A stretch of DNA of 61,765 nucleotides from Candidatus Micrarchaeota archaeon (GTDB lineage Archaea; Micrarchaeota; Micrarchaeia; Micrarchaeales; CABMGC01): contig JAJZNA010000007.1 in assembly GCA_021848065.1 (NCBI GenBank), positions 1 through 61,765 on the forward strand. The letters are read 5' to 3'. This document shows positions 17,330-26,582 of the stretch, one piece after another. The translations under genes were made by a program, and so were the position numbers. How positions within the stretch are numbered: the first letter of the stretch is position 1; each line of letters starts with the position of its first letter. Below the pieces are notes generated by a model. It worked only from the letters and a program-made list of their open reading frames with translations, was not told where the DNA came from and ran no database searches.

Positions 17330-18895
17330 TCATTCGTAGGTTCTCTTTCCCTCCGTGCCGTTCAGGTATGAATCAAGCGCCTTTCTGCGCAGCTTCTCGC
17401 CCCATGGAGTAGGGTAGTCGCCAGTGAGACAGGCCATGCACATGTCCTTCTTCCCATTTTCCAGGCCTATGCACTTGACAAGGCCATCAAGGGACATGTA
17501 CCTGAGCGAATCCGCACCTATCTCCTTTGCTATCCCGTTTACAACTTCTTCGTCAAGATTGTTCCAGCCATTCCTCTGGAGCTGCTCGCTGTTGGAATGC
17601 CTGTTGGCTATAAGCTCGCCCATCTTTGACATGTCTATGCCGTAGAAGCATGGGCTCCTGACCGGCGGGCACGTGACTCTCACGTGCACCTCTTTGGCCT
17701 TGCCATTCTCCTTTAAGTGGTTGACAAGGAACTTGGAGGTAGTTCCACGAACAATGGAGTCGTCTATAAGGATGACCTTCTTGCCTTTTATGGCTGCCTT
17801 GTTTACGTTGAATTTCTGCTTGACCTTCTCTTCCCTGTTAGCGCCCTCGATGAAGGTCCTGCCAGTATACCCCCTGTTCTTTATCAGCCCCTCCATGGCT
17901 GGCAGGCCTGAAGTGTATGCATATCCGTCTGCCGCAGGCTTGGCAGTGTCAGGTATTGGTACTACAACGAACTCGTTGGGATTTAGGCTGATCGTCTCCT
18001 GCTTTGCAAGCTCCACGCCGAGCTTCCAGCGGACATCATATACAGACCTTCCGTCAAGCACTGAAGCGGCATTCGAGAAGTATACGTACTCGAACATGCA
18101 GTGCGCATTCCTTGGGCTTTTCGCATATCTTTTCACTTCAGCAGTGCCGTCCTTGGATACGAGCATCTCCCCGGGCTTTAAGGTCTTTGGATCCTCATCA
18201 GTCATGCCGTAGAACGCGACACTTTCTGATGCGGCTCCGGCAAAGCCGTCTGTTATTGAATAGCACATGGGCCTTATGCCCAGTGGATCCCTCATCGCTG
18301 CAACTGTGCCTTCGGCGTCCACATACGCTATATTGTAAGCGCCATCGAACTTTTCTGTCAAGCCCTTGAATACATCCTGGATGTCCGCCTTCACAGGTGC
18401 CTGGGCTTTTGCAAGGAAGTGCATCACCACTTCAGTGTCCAGGTCTGGCCGGGAAGACGGCAATGGGCCGCTTGAAGCCTTCAGCTCGGTGAAATTGGCT
18501 ATGTTGCCATTGAACGAGAATGCGAACCATTCCCAGGGTTTGCTGCCTGAATGTTCAAATGGCTGGGCAGAGTATTCGTCATCGGTGCCAGATGTGCTGT
18601 AGCGGTTGTGGCCTATGCCAGAATGGCCATTGAACTGCTTCATTATGCTTGAAAACCTCTCTTTTGAGTTTATGGCAAAAGTCTCGCTTACCGTGCCGAC
18701 TTTCTTGTGGGTAGAGAGCACCTGCGTTCTTTTAGGGTTATATGTAGTTATACCAGAAGCCAGCTGGCCACGGTTTTGCATCTGAAGCAGCATCTGTGAT
18801 AGATAAAAAGCGGCTCCTCCTTCAGTTTTCAGGCCTTCCCCATTAAGAAGAGTGATTGCTGCTACCGCACACTCTTCCTTTACTTCTCCAGCCAT
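17330..18895 (-). CDS. purF: Amidophosphoribosyltransferase (Fe-S type)
   Basis: KEEC propeptide/Ntn Cys, GHNRYST, CMFEYVYF, DDSIVRGTT, CFYGID, CMAC. Confidence 0.96.
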   Translation of the reverse strand: MAGEVKEECAVAAITLLNGEGLKTEGGAAFYLSQMLLQMQNRGQLASGITTYNPKRTQVLSTHKKVGTVSETFAINSKERFSSIMKQFNGHSGIGHNRYSTSGTDDEYSAQPFEHSGSKPWEWFAFSFNGNIANFTELKASSGPLPSSRPDLDTEVVMHFLAKAQAPVKADIQDVFKGLTEKFDGAYNIAYVDAEGTVAAMRDPLGIRPMCYSITDGFAGAASESVAFYGMTDEDPKTLKPGEMLVSKDGTAEVKRYAKSPRNAHCMFEYVYFSNAASVLDGRSVYDVRWKLGVELAKQETISLNPNEFVVVPIPDTAKPAADGYAYTSGLPAMEGLIKNRGYTGRTFIEGANREEKVKQKFNVNKAAIKGKKVILIDDSIVRGTTSKFLVNHLKENGKAKEVHVRVTCPPVRSPCFYGIDMSKMGELIANRHSNSEQLQRNGWNNLDEEVVNGIAKEIGADSLRYMSLDGLVKCIGLENGKKDMCMACLTGDYPTPWGEKLRRKALDSYLNGTEGKRTYE

Positions 18896-18957
18896 ATATA
18901 GATAGGCAAGTGAGGTAATTTAAAGTTTCCTGGGGGCCTGCACTGCAAATGTTTCGG

Positions 18958-19332
18958 CTACCTGCGCAGCCTAAGAAATGGAGTATCGTCAAATGCCAGG
19001 GACAGCGCTATCAGTAGGAGAGCCATGTCCCTGAGCACTATGTCGCTGAATCCCGACAGATATACCAGGTCGCCTATTATCAATGCCATCATAAGCGCCC
19101 CCAGGGAAGCAGATATCCGCAGATACACGCCCAGCATAACAGCAAGGCCTATCAGAAGAAGGGCCATTCCATGCAGCTCGACGAAGAGGTCTATCCCGAT
19201 CATGCCGGCTACAAAGGAAGGCACATAGAAGCTCCAGTACGAAGGCTGCAGTATTTCCCATATGCCGAATCCTGCGAACACTATGCCGAAGCTTGCCCTT
19301 GCAAGTATATGGCGTATTTGTTGGCTGTCCAT
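18958..19332 (-). CDS. DoxX-like membrane protein
   Basis: LARASFGIVFAGFG, DIVLRD; 4 TM. Confidence 0.75.
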   Translation of the reverse strand: MDSQQIRHILARASFGIVFAGFGIWEILQPSYWSFYVPSFVAGMIGIDLFVELHGMALLLIGLAVMLGVYLRISASLGALMMALIIGDLVYLSGFSDIVLRDMALLLIALSLAFDDTPFLRLRR

Positions 19333-19351
19333 GCAGTTGACCCATACAGCA

Positions 19352-19858
19352 CTATTGGAATGGGAAGACGGTGCGCACAATTCTGCCCGTGGTGCTATTC
19401 ACTAGGACATAACCATCATCCTGTATGAAATGGTCACCGCTTGCCCCAGCGTCATCTGAGGAACTCAGGTCTATGTAATATAATACCTCATCCGGCTTGA
19501 CATTTATGGTATGGCTCAGATTCGAGTTCCTGAACGCTATTGTGACATTCTCAGAACCGTCAGCCATGGAAGTGTTGGTCAAATTCAGGTCGGCAGTTAC
19601 AAATGAGCCGCTTGAAGAGAGGCTCGTCTTTGGGAAGATCTGGTAGGAGTATGGCTGGTATTGAGATCCGTTGAATGCAGTTTGCGATGAATTTGAACTT
19701 TGGTTTGGCGAAGAGATGGTGCTCTGTGGGGATACGGGCGTGGCTACGCCCTTATTTGAACCGCCTATGAATGATAAGTAGGCGACTGCAACAATTATCA
19801 GAGCAATTATAGCAATTATGGAGGTCTTGATAGCACTTGATTGCATAATACCCGGCAT
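19352..19858 (-). CDS. Membrane-anchored secreted hypothetical protein
   Basis: N-terminal TM, Ser/Gln linker, acidic DLSSSDD...DDG motif. Confidence 0.75.
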   Translation of the reverse strand: MPGIMQSSAIKTSIIAIIALIIVAVAYLSFIGGSNKGVATPVSPQSTISSPNQSSNSSQTAFNGSQYQPYSYQIFPKTSLSSSGSFVTADLNLTNTSMADGSENVTIAFRNSNLSHTINVKPDEVLYYIDLSSSDDAGASGDHFIQDDGYVLVNSTTGRIVRTVFPFQ

Positions 19859-19938
19859 GCCAACAAGATGAGATTACGCATGCAAGGCATAAATACCATT
19901 ACACTGCCCGTAGGCCTTGCGCACTGATGCAAAAATAG

Positions 19939-20559
19939 TTACGGCGGGGTGACAAGATGTGATGCCACGGCGTTCAGGCCTATGAATCCCGAGAGGCAGC
20001 TTGCTATAAACAGGGACAGACTGAATAGTATTATTATTGCAGTCCATCCTCCCCAAGGGTTTTTCCTGGATCCGGGCTTCTTCTGGGCTATTATTGTCAC
20101 AGGATATGCAAGAACTCCGGCAAATCCATAAAGGAAGAACAGGGCTAGCAGTGCTATGGGTTGCGTGGTAAGACCTATGAAATAGCCCTGTATGCCGTAC
20201 GCTATTGCCATCACGCCCATAATCAAGGCCATGAAGCCCACGTACTCCATATTTCCACCCACTCTGCTTACGCCTGCAAAGGAGAGCATCACTAGGGCAA
20301 AAGCTATCATAGGGTCGTAGAAGAGTATGTTGTAGCTTCCAGGCAGAGGCCATGTGAACTGGCCCCAGAGGCCCATCAAAAGAAGGTATATGCCTATGAA
20401 TAGGATAGGGATTGAAGCTGTGCGAATGTCTTCGTAATAGTTCTTCTGCTCCTTTAAGTATGATACATATATGGAGAGTATTGTGTATAGGAACATGAAT
20501 CCGGCTAGACTTATTGCAAACAAGCTGAATGCAAGGTTGTCTACGAATGCCATATTCAT
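19939..20559 (-). CDS. DUF981-like membrane protein
   Basis: FVDNL, TWPLPGSYNILFYDP; 6 TM. Confidence 0.85.
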   Translation of the reverse strand: MNMAFVDNLAFSLFAISLAGFMFLYTILSIYVSYLKEQKNYYEDIRTASIPILFIGIYLLLMGLWGQFTWPLPGSYNILFYDPMIAFALVMLSFAGVSRVGGNMEYVGFMALIMGVMAIAYGIQGYFIGLTTQPIALLALFFLYGFAGVLAYPVTIIAQKKPGSRKNPWGGWTAIIILFSLSLFIASCLSGFIGLNAVASHLVTPP

Positions 20560-20774
20560 ATTTTGAAAGAAACGAATATAAATGTTGAACAAACTATAAG
20601 CGGGTTTTATTTTCTGGCAGTATAGACATATTTACTTCCATGCACGCGCCATCCGCAAGGTTTTATATACAGCAGCACGCGACTATACAAAGGGTTGTGG
20701 AGTATGGGGCATTCAGACGCTAGATGTAGTATTGCCTACCATTTCTCACAGAGCCGTGCACATAGGTTGGTTTC

Positions 20775-22946
20775 ATGAGAATTACAAGGCATAATGCCAG
20801 TTTGGGGGGGTCTTTATCGGTGCTGAGAGGGGTAGATTCGGTAGTTGCAGCTGAAGCACTTGTGACAATGGGCAGGTTAGCGCAAGGTACTGACAGGAAG
20901 GTCCAGAAGAACATGAGGATGGTGGAGCGGATACTTGATGATTTCTGCTGTGGCTGCTCCACGCTCTCAGAGAGCCAAGTTGAAACAATATCTTCAGGCT
21001 TTGTGGATGCGTATGCTGGCAGCATCATTGAAGCGGCTATGGCATCCAACCCAGAAATAGCAAGACAGCTGGTTTCTGAAGAATTCTTAATCTCACTGTC
21101 AAGCATGGACAGGTATATTGGCAGCGGGCTCCTCTTCGAGATGAGGATCACAGGAAACATAAAGGATCTCAAAGACCCCCGGCTTTTCACGCAAGATGCA
21201 ATAAAATTCTTGGGAGCCATAGGCCCTGAAGCTGCGAGCCAGTGGTTAGACGCAATAGGGAGAACTGGAAATGTTGCAGACCTTACATCTTCTGAGGCTA
21301 TGTCGGATGATGTGATAAGAACGATAAGGAACAATGGAAAACTAGCAAGCGACCTCTCATTCACCATAGGAGAGTTAGGTGCAAGTGAAATCCTTAAGAA
21401 GGATTTCCTGGAAGGCCTAAAAGAGCTTGACCCGTTGATTGCAGCTGAGCTGCTCTCAGCAATATGGTGCAATCAGGACAAAGTGGCGGAGATTACATCG
21501 CGTACGGTAGTGGATGGGATAATAAAAGGGGATCTTGGGGTGTGGACAGATGTTGTGCGCCTTGACCATGGTTCCGGGCAGGCACCACTTAGGGTAGTCA
21601 TTTCAAAGCCCGGAGATGACACGCATGACCGCAGCTTAAAAATGATAATAAAATCCCTGAGAGAAGCTGGTGTCGAGGTTATATACACAGGAGGCATAAC
21701 GGATCCCAGGGAGATAGCAAGCATAGCAATACGGGAAGGGGCCCATGCAGTAGGATTCGGCATAATGGACGATGCTCACAGGGGCATGGTGATAGAGGCA
21801 GGCAATATGCTCAGGTCACAGGGCCACGGCGATGTGGCAATATTCGGGGGTGGCATGATATCGCCAAAATCATCACGGAGGCTTATTCGCGCAGGAGTCG
21901 AAGTGTTCGGCCTGGGGTCAGTACCTGCGGATGTTGTGAATTTCGTGATGGAGAGCACCCACAGGAATATTGGCAGGAGATATTCACTTGGATTTGAAGG
22001 CGCTGGTGGAGGCAATGTTGCGATAAGCCTAAGTGCTTCTTCGGTATCGGGCCATATGGCAGATTTTTACCAGCCAACCATGGCATGCGCCTTGACTTCG
22101 TGGCAGGCAAGCATGCTCACGCAAGACAGTTCGTGGACAGGGATTGGACAGTACGGCACAGGCGCATCACTGCACACCACAATCTTGAGCCCATATAGAA
22201 AGGCACTGAAGCTTGCTGCACAGGATACACCTGTGACTGGCAAATACGTGGCATACCCAGCAACCACTGAAGCCCAGTATGGGGGAATGCTTGTCCATAC
22301 CGCTTCCGACTTGGCAGTGTCCCCTGTAGTTAACTCGGGAGGTGTAACTGCGGCGTGTGCCCCTTTCCATGCGAACACTGACGGAAACATTACATCCAGT
22401 ATAAGCGGAGTGAGGCTTGAACATGATAATGAAGGGACATATGGGAAGGAAAAAGCTGGAAAGATGATGAGCGTGAATGTTGGGATAGTGTATGCAAATA
22501 GCGCAAAAGCACCATATGCCGTTGCATGCCTTGATTCTCCAAATGGCTTCGAAAGTACAGGTGCACAGAACGCATGCAGCACAGCGATATCAGGGGCTGC
22601 ACCGCTCAAGCTGGCTGCAAGAGAGCACATGCAAGTTTATACCGTTCAGGAAACAAAAGGCAATGGAATTGGCACTGCTGACTTGGGCAGAACATGCTGG
22701 ATAGGAGACAATGCAAGGGATAGGCCCTCTTATGGGACATCAGCACTTGAACCTGGCTCGGGTCCCACATCCTGGGCGTTAAGCAGCATACGCATGCTTA
22801 CACAGGACGTGATTGGGAATCCCTTACTGACTGCACACAAGGCACTGCCAGCTTTCAAGGTGGCGAAGCTCACATTTAGCTCAAAGGGGAGGGATGCCAG
22901 ACCCATGCATGAGCCTATGCCGTGCTATTGCAGCTGCCATGCATAG
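20775..22946 (+). CDS. Multidomain protein: helical repeats + cobalamin-binding (MCM C-terminal-like) domain + low-complexity tail
   Basis: RVVISKPGDDTHDRS...LREAGVEVIYTG, AIREGAHAVG, IFGGGMI, VFGLGS. Confidence 0.75.
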   Translation: MRITRHNASLGGSLSVLRGVDSVVAAEALVTMGRLAQGTDRKVQKNMRMVERILDDFCCGCSTLSESQVETISSGFVDAYAGSIIEAAMASNPEIARQLVSEEFLISLSSMDRYIGSGLLFEMRITGNIKDLKDPRLFTQDAIKFLGAIGPEAASQWLDAIGRTGNVADLTSSEAMSDDVIRTIRNNGKLASDLSFTIGELGASEILKKDFLEGLKELDPLIAAELLSAIWCNQDKVAEITSRTVVDGIIKGDLGVWTDVVRLDHGSGQAPLRVVISKPGDDTHDRSLKMIIKSLREAGVEVIYTGGITDPREIASIAIREGAHAVGFGIMDDAHRGMVIEAGNMLRSQGHGDVAIFGGGMISPKSSRRLIRAGVEVFGLGSVPADVVNFVMESTHRNIGRRYSLGFEGAGGGNVAISLSASSVSGHMADFYQPTMACALTSWQASMLTQDSSWTGIGQYGTGASLHTTILSPYRKALKLAAQDTPVTGKYVAYPATTEAQYGGMLVHTASDLAVSPVVNSGGVTAACAPFHANTDGNITSSISGVRLEHDNEGTYGKEKAGKMMSVNVGIVYANSAKAPYAVACLDSPNGFESTGAQNACSTAISGAAPLKLAAREHMQVYTVQETKGNGIGTADLGRTCWIGDNARDRPSYGTSALEPGSGPTSWALSSIRMLTQDVIGNPLLTAHKALPAFKVAKLTFSSKGRDARPMHEPMPCYCSCHA

Positions 22947-23001
22947 ATGAGTCTTTCAACGCCCTGCGCATGCTTATTTAATTCGGCGTGCATAGTAAGT
23001 T

Positions 23002-23274
23002 ATGGCAAAGGCCAGGAAGAGGAAGATGTGGATAGGCAAGGTTACCACAGTATCTACGTTTCCCCCTCCGGGCATATTCACCAAGCCGGCAGAAGAGATA
23101 GCACGCGTAATGGGAAGGAAGGACGTCTCGCCAGGGGGCTTGGGATCTGCGATAAAGATGGTGCAGTATTTTATAAACAGGGCCGGAAAGAACCTTCCGG
23201 AAAGAAGACGGAGGGAGTTGGAGCGTGCAAAGAAGCTGTTGCAGAAGGCTGAACGGAGAAAGGCAGGTAACTAA
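23002..23274 (+). CDS. DUF3175-like small basic protein
   Basis: GIFT...EEIA...SAIKMVQYFINRAGKNL. Confidence 0.8.
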   Translation: MAKARKRKMWIGKVTTVSTFPPPGIFTKPAEEIARVMGRKDVSPGGLGSAIKMVQYFINRAGKNLPERRRRELERAKKLLQKAERRKAGN

Positions 23275-23329
23275 AGACGCGTGCTGATGCATCAGAAAGT
23301 TATTTATGTTTAAGATTGGTGTATGAATT

Positions 23330-23515
23330 ATGGAAAAGAAAGGCTCGTTCCAAAAAGCCAAGCTGGAGTACATAGAGGCGTATGACTATTTCTCTTGCGA
23401 ACTTTGTGGCAGGAGAGTGGAGTGCAAAGGATGCCACAAGGAGCCTGTAAAGGGAGACAAGCATATCTTCTGCAACCTAAATGGCCTGCACTATCATGAG
23501 AGATGCCTGCCATAA
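23330..23515 (+). CDS. Small Cys/His-rich zinc-binding protein
   Basis: CELC, CKGC, C...HYHERC; upstream TATA and GGTG RBS. Confidence 0.7.
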   Translation: MEKKGSFQKAKLEYIEAYDYFSCELCGRRVECKGCHKEPVKGDKHIFCNLNGLHYHERCLP

Positions 23516-23544
23516 TTGCCGGAGGCATTACCGTTACTGGCATG

Positions 23545-24081
23545 TCACAGCTTTAGGCACATGAGCACGTCATCTATTTTATTTCCACTTCGGACTATAC
23601 CTGAATGGAGAGTGCCATAGACCCTAAACCCGAGTTTTTGGTATACATGCATGGCGTGGCCATTATTGCCGAATACATGCAATGAGAGCAGGCTGTATCT
23701 TGGCCTGGCGCGTTTTATCACATCCTTCAGCAGCGCGGTGCCTATGCCCTTTGACCGGAAACCTTCCCTTATCAATATGCCTACAGTGCCCACGTGACTT
23801 TGCTCAACGCGTGGCGAGTATTTGGTGATGTCGCACATGCCCACCACCTTGCCTTCAGCTTCTGCTACAGAAATTATGGCTTCTCCTTTTCTCTCCTTTG
23901 AAAGCATGCCGGTAAACCATTTATACTCTTCATTAATAGATGGCCTGCGCCTTAGCAAAGGTATACCAAGTGACGGGTTGTGCTTTACCTCATCATACAA
24001 AGCATAGTAGTTTGATATGAGGTCTTCTCTGTCGCGCCTCTTCAATCTCCTTATTAGAAAGCCGCTATTGCCATTGTGCAT
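23545..24081 (-). CDS. GNAT-family acetyltransferase
   Basis: FRSKGIGTAL, NGHAMHVYQKLGF. Confidence 0.92.
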   Translation of the reverse strand: MHNGNSGFLIRRLKRRDREDLISNYYALYDEVKHNPSLGIPLLRRRPSINEEYKWFTGMLSKERKGEAIISVAEAEGKVVGMCDITKYSPRVEQSHVGTVGILIREGFRSKGIGTALLKDVIKRARPRYSLLSLHVFGNNGHAMHVYQKLGFRVYGTLHSGIVRSGNKIDDVLMCLKL

Positions 24082-24168
24082 CGTATCCGTAGATAGATGG
24101 ATTTGTAACTTATATTGGTTTTCTACAGGCTGCGCTGCAACGCTTGAGATTAGAAGGAGCGCAGGCAG

Positions 24169-25155
24169 TCATGCCTTTGCGCGGTTGTAAGCCGCATCAA
24201 ATGATTTGTTAACAGCATTTAGTATCTCATTTACCTCGGTTATATCATTGAATTTGGCTATGACTGTGAACGCATTCTGTGACCCGGTCTTTGACGTGAA
24301 GTAGGCCTTAGGCACGGCCAGACGCATATTCTTGAAGGCATCCTGCATTCCAGATTCTGCATATTTTTGCACTGCCGCTGAAGGGGTATCTGCATTGACT
24401 AGAACCTGGAAGGCGTAGGAAATATTCCTTCCTCTCCCAAGCTTTGTGAAGACTGTCGTGTTTAGCAGTATATTGCTTGGTATGCGCATATCCTGGCCAT
24501 GCTGCGTCACCACTTCGGTAAATACGGTATTTACCTTTACCACCTTGCATACTATGTCAACCGGACCGAACATCCACGAGTGTACGAGCATTAGGTCCCC
24601 AGGTATCAACGTTCTTGACCATGACAGCATTAACCCTGACAGGATGCTTGTGACTATGTTCTGTACCGCCAGGCCGAGCACTATTCCACCGATTGCCCCT
24701 CCGGCAAGGGCGGCTGAAAGGCTTATTCCAGATGCAGTTAGTATCAGGAAGATGACTATGACATAGAACACTATGCGCAATGCTAGTTTGGTTATTTCGG
24801 CGAGTTCGCTATCCCCGCTGTGCATTGCATAGGGTATGAGTATGGAAAGAAGGACGCGGTATACAAGGTAGCATCCAAGAATCCCTAGTATTATGTATAT
24901 TGCCTTGGACAGGTATGGAAGGTACGCTTCCAGGCCCGGTGCATTGCTGCTTATCATCCCTCCCAGGTAAGTATTAAGGAGCACGGCAAAAATAGAGAGA
25001 AGGGCTATTACGGCTATGGTGTATGCGTACTTCGCGGTGTTGCTGTTTCTTTGGGATGCCATTCCATCAGTCGTTTGTATAAGTTCGGCTCTTGCCACAT
25101 GATGCGGCAGCTGCTTTTTCGCTAAGGCCGCAGCACCATGGTCAGCCAGCGTCAT
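24169..25155 (-). CDS. mscS: Small-conductance mechanosensitive channel
   Basis: GGAIGGIVLGLAVQNIVTSILSG, PGD, RIPSN. Confidence 0.88.
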   Translation of the reverse strand: MTLADHGAAALAKKQLPHHVARAELIQTTDGMASQRNSNTAKYAYTIAVIALLSIFAVLLNTYLGGMISSNAPGLEAYLPYLSKAIYIILGILGCYLVYRVLLSILIPYAMHSGDSELAEITKLALRIVFYVIVIFLILTASGISLSAALAGGAIGGIVLGLAVQNIVTSILSGLMLSWSRTLIPGDLMLVHSWMFGPVDIVCKVVKVNTVFTEVVTQHGQDMRIPSNILLNTTVFTKLGRGRNISYAFQVLVNADTPSAAVQKYAESGMQDAFKNMRLAVPKAYFTSKTGSQNAFTVIAKFNDITEVNEILNAVNKSFDAAYNRAKA

Positions 25156-25212
25156 CTTATTGGAAGACTGTATTTAAATATGCGTACATGAAGGTTATAT
25201 CGGTAGATAGGC

Positions 25213-25845
25213 ATGTTAGCTCCAGGACTCCAGATAATAGTCGTCTTTTCAACTATATTCATATCTGCTGCAGTGTTCCTTCTTGCGCGTAAATTAGTGC
25301 TCAAATATGCAGAAAGGAAGCAGGCCAGCTATGTTCTATGGGGGCTTGGGCTGTGGTTCTTTGGGCTTTCGGCCCTGATAGAGGCCCTCTTGGCGCTCAA
25401 CATATACTCAACGGCACTCATGGGATTGTACCTATTCCTCGTGGTACTAGTGGTGCAGTTGCTATCGCTAGGTTCGGTAGAACTTTTGAATGGAGGATTG
25501 TACAAGAAGGCTTACTATGCATTCAGCGCCATTGTGGCTTTGGCAACCGTAGCTTCCATTGTTTCATCACCGCCAGCCAACCTCATGGTCAATTATGTTG
25601 TGGCAGGATTGCCCCCTCTCCCTGTAATAATCACGTCTTCCATTGCTACTTTCGTGTCTTCGGCAGTGATAGTTGGCATAGCCATTAAGAGCTTCATCAA
25701 GAGGCGCAGCTGGAAGATGATGAGCATAATAGCAGGCGTGGTTGTTGTGGGAGCGGCCGGTACGCTTTACATAGCAGCCATGCCCGAACTCCTCTACTAT
25801 GCAGAGTTCTTGGGAATGGTGTTCCTATGGCTTGGATTCAAATAG
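25213..25845 (+). CDS. 7-TM membrane protein of unknown function
   Basis: Seven hydrophobic segments; no soluble output domain. Confidence 0.75.
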   Translation: MLAPGLQIIVVFSTIFISAAVFLLARKLVLKYAERKQASYVLWGLGLWFFGLSALIEALLALNIYSTALMGLYLFLVVLVVQLLSLGSVELLNGGLYKKAYYAFSAIVALATVASIVSSPPANLMVNYVVAGLPPLPVIITSSIATFVSSAVIVGIAIKSFIKRRSWKMMSIIAGVVVVGAAGTLYIAAMPELLYYAEFLGMVFLWLGFK

Positions 25846-25950
25846 GCCGCACAGACCAGCTAGATCGCCTTCCCAAAAACTTAATAACTTCCTGCAGGAT
25901 ATATCAATATCAATTGCGCGAAGGCGCATTGAAACTATTGGGAGAACGCA

Positions 25951-26582
25951 GTGGATCAGCAGATTGAGGATGCAAACATAAAGTTCAAGCAGGTTGCTTA
26001 CGGGAATAAAAAGAGCATAAACATACCGGACAATGCAACTTTGCAACAGTTACCTGTGCTGAGCACTTACGCCAATGTAAGCCCATATTTTGGCATTGTA
26101 TTTGAGGATAGGCTTGTAATACCCCCCATTCAGAAACTTCTGTGTATGTGAATATACCTGTGGACACAGGCATATTCGTCTTGTCCGAGAAGAAGTACAA
26201 GCAGATAGATACTGTAGAGAATTGGCCTAAGAAGTTTTCGCTTTATGGATCAGCTTCGGATGGAATGGTGTATAGATATTTCAAGACAGGTTATTTCCAT
26301 GGCCTCCCAAAACCAGAAGCAAACAAGATTTCTACAAAGGTTGGGATGATCAACAGGCATGGCAAATGGTTTGTAATAACGAAATTCATCTTCAGTTATC
26401 CGTCTTTCAACATATTTTCGCACAAAGGGAGAAACTTTGGGGAAGCTGTAGAGATAGATATCAACAATGAGGATTTGGCCTTGGTAAGCCTGAAAAACAA
26501 GCCATCATTTGCTGGAGCCAAGCCCATGTCACACATAAAGCAAGGCTACAGCAATACCATTGAGATGAGGTATGGCACATGA
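25951..26582 (+). pseudogene. DUF432-like gene split by a frameshift at a C6 run
   Basis: ORFs 25951-26151 and 26142-26582 join as FEDRLVIPP-HSETSVYVNIPVDTG if one C is added at 26122-26127; KFSLYGSASDGMVYRY; directly upstream of mscS. Confidence 0.7.
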
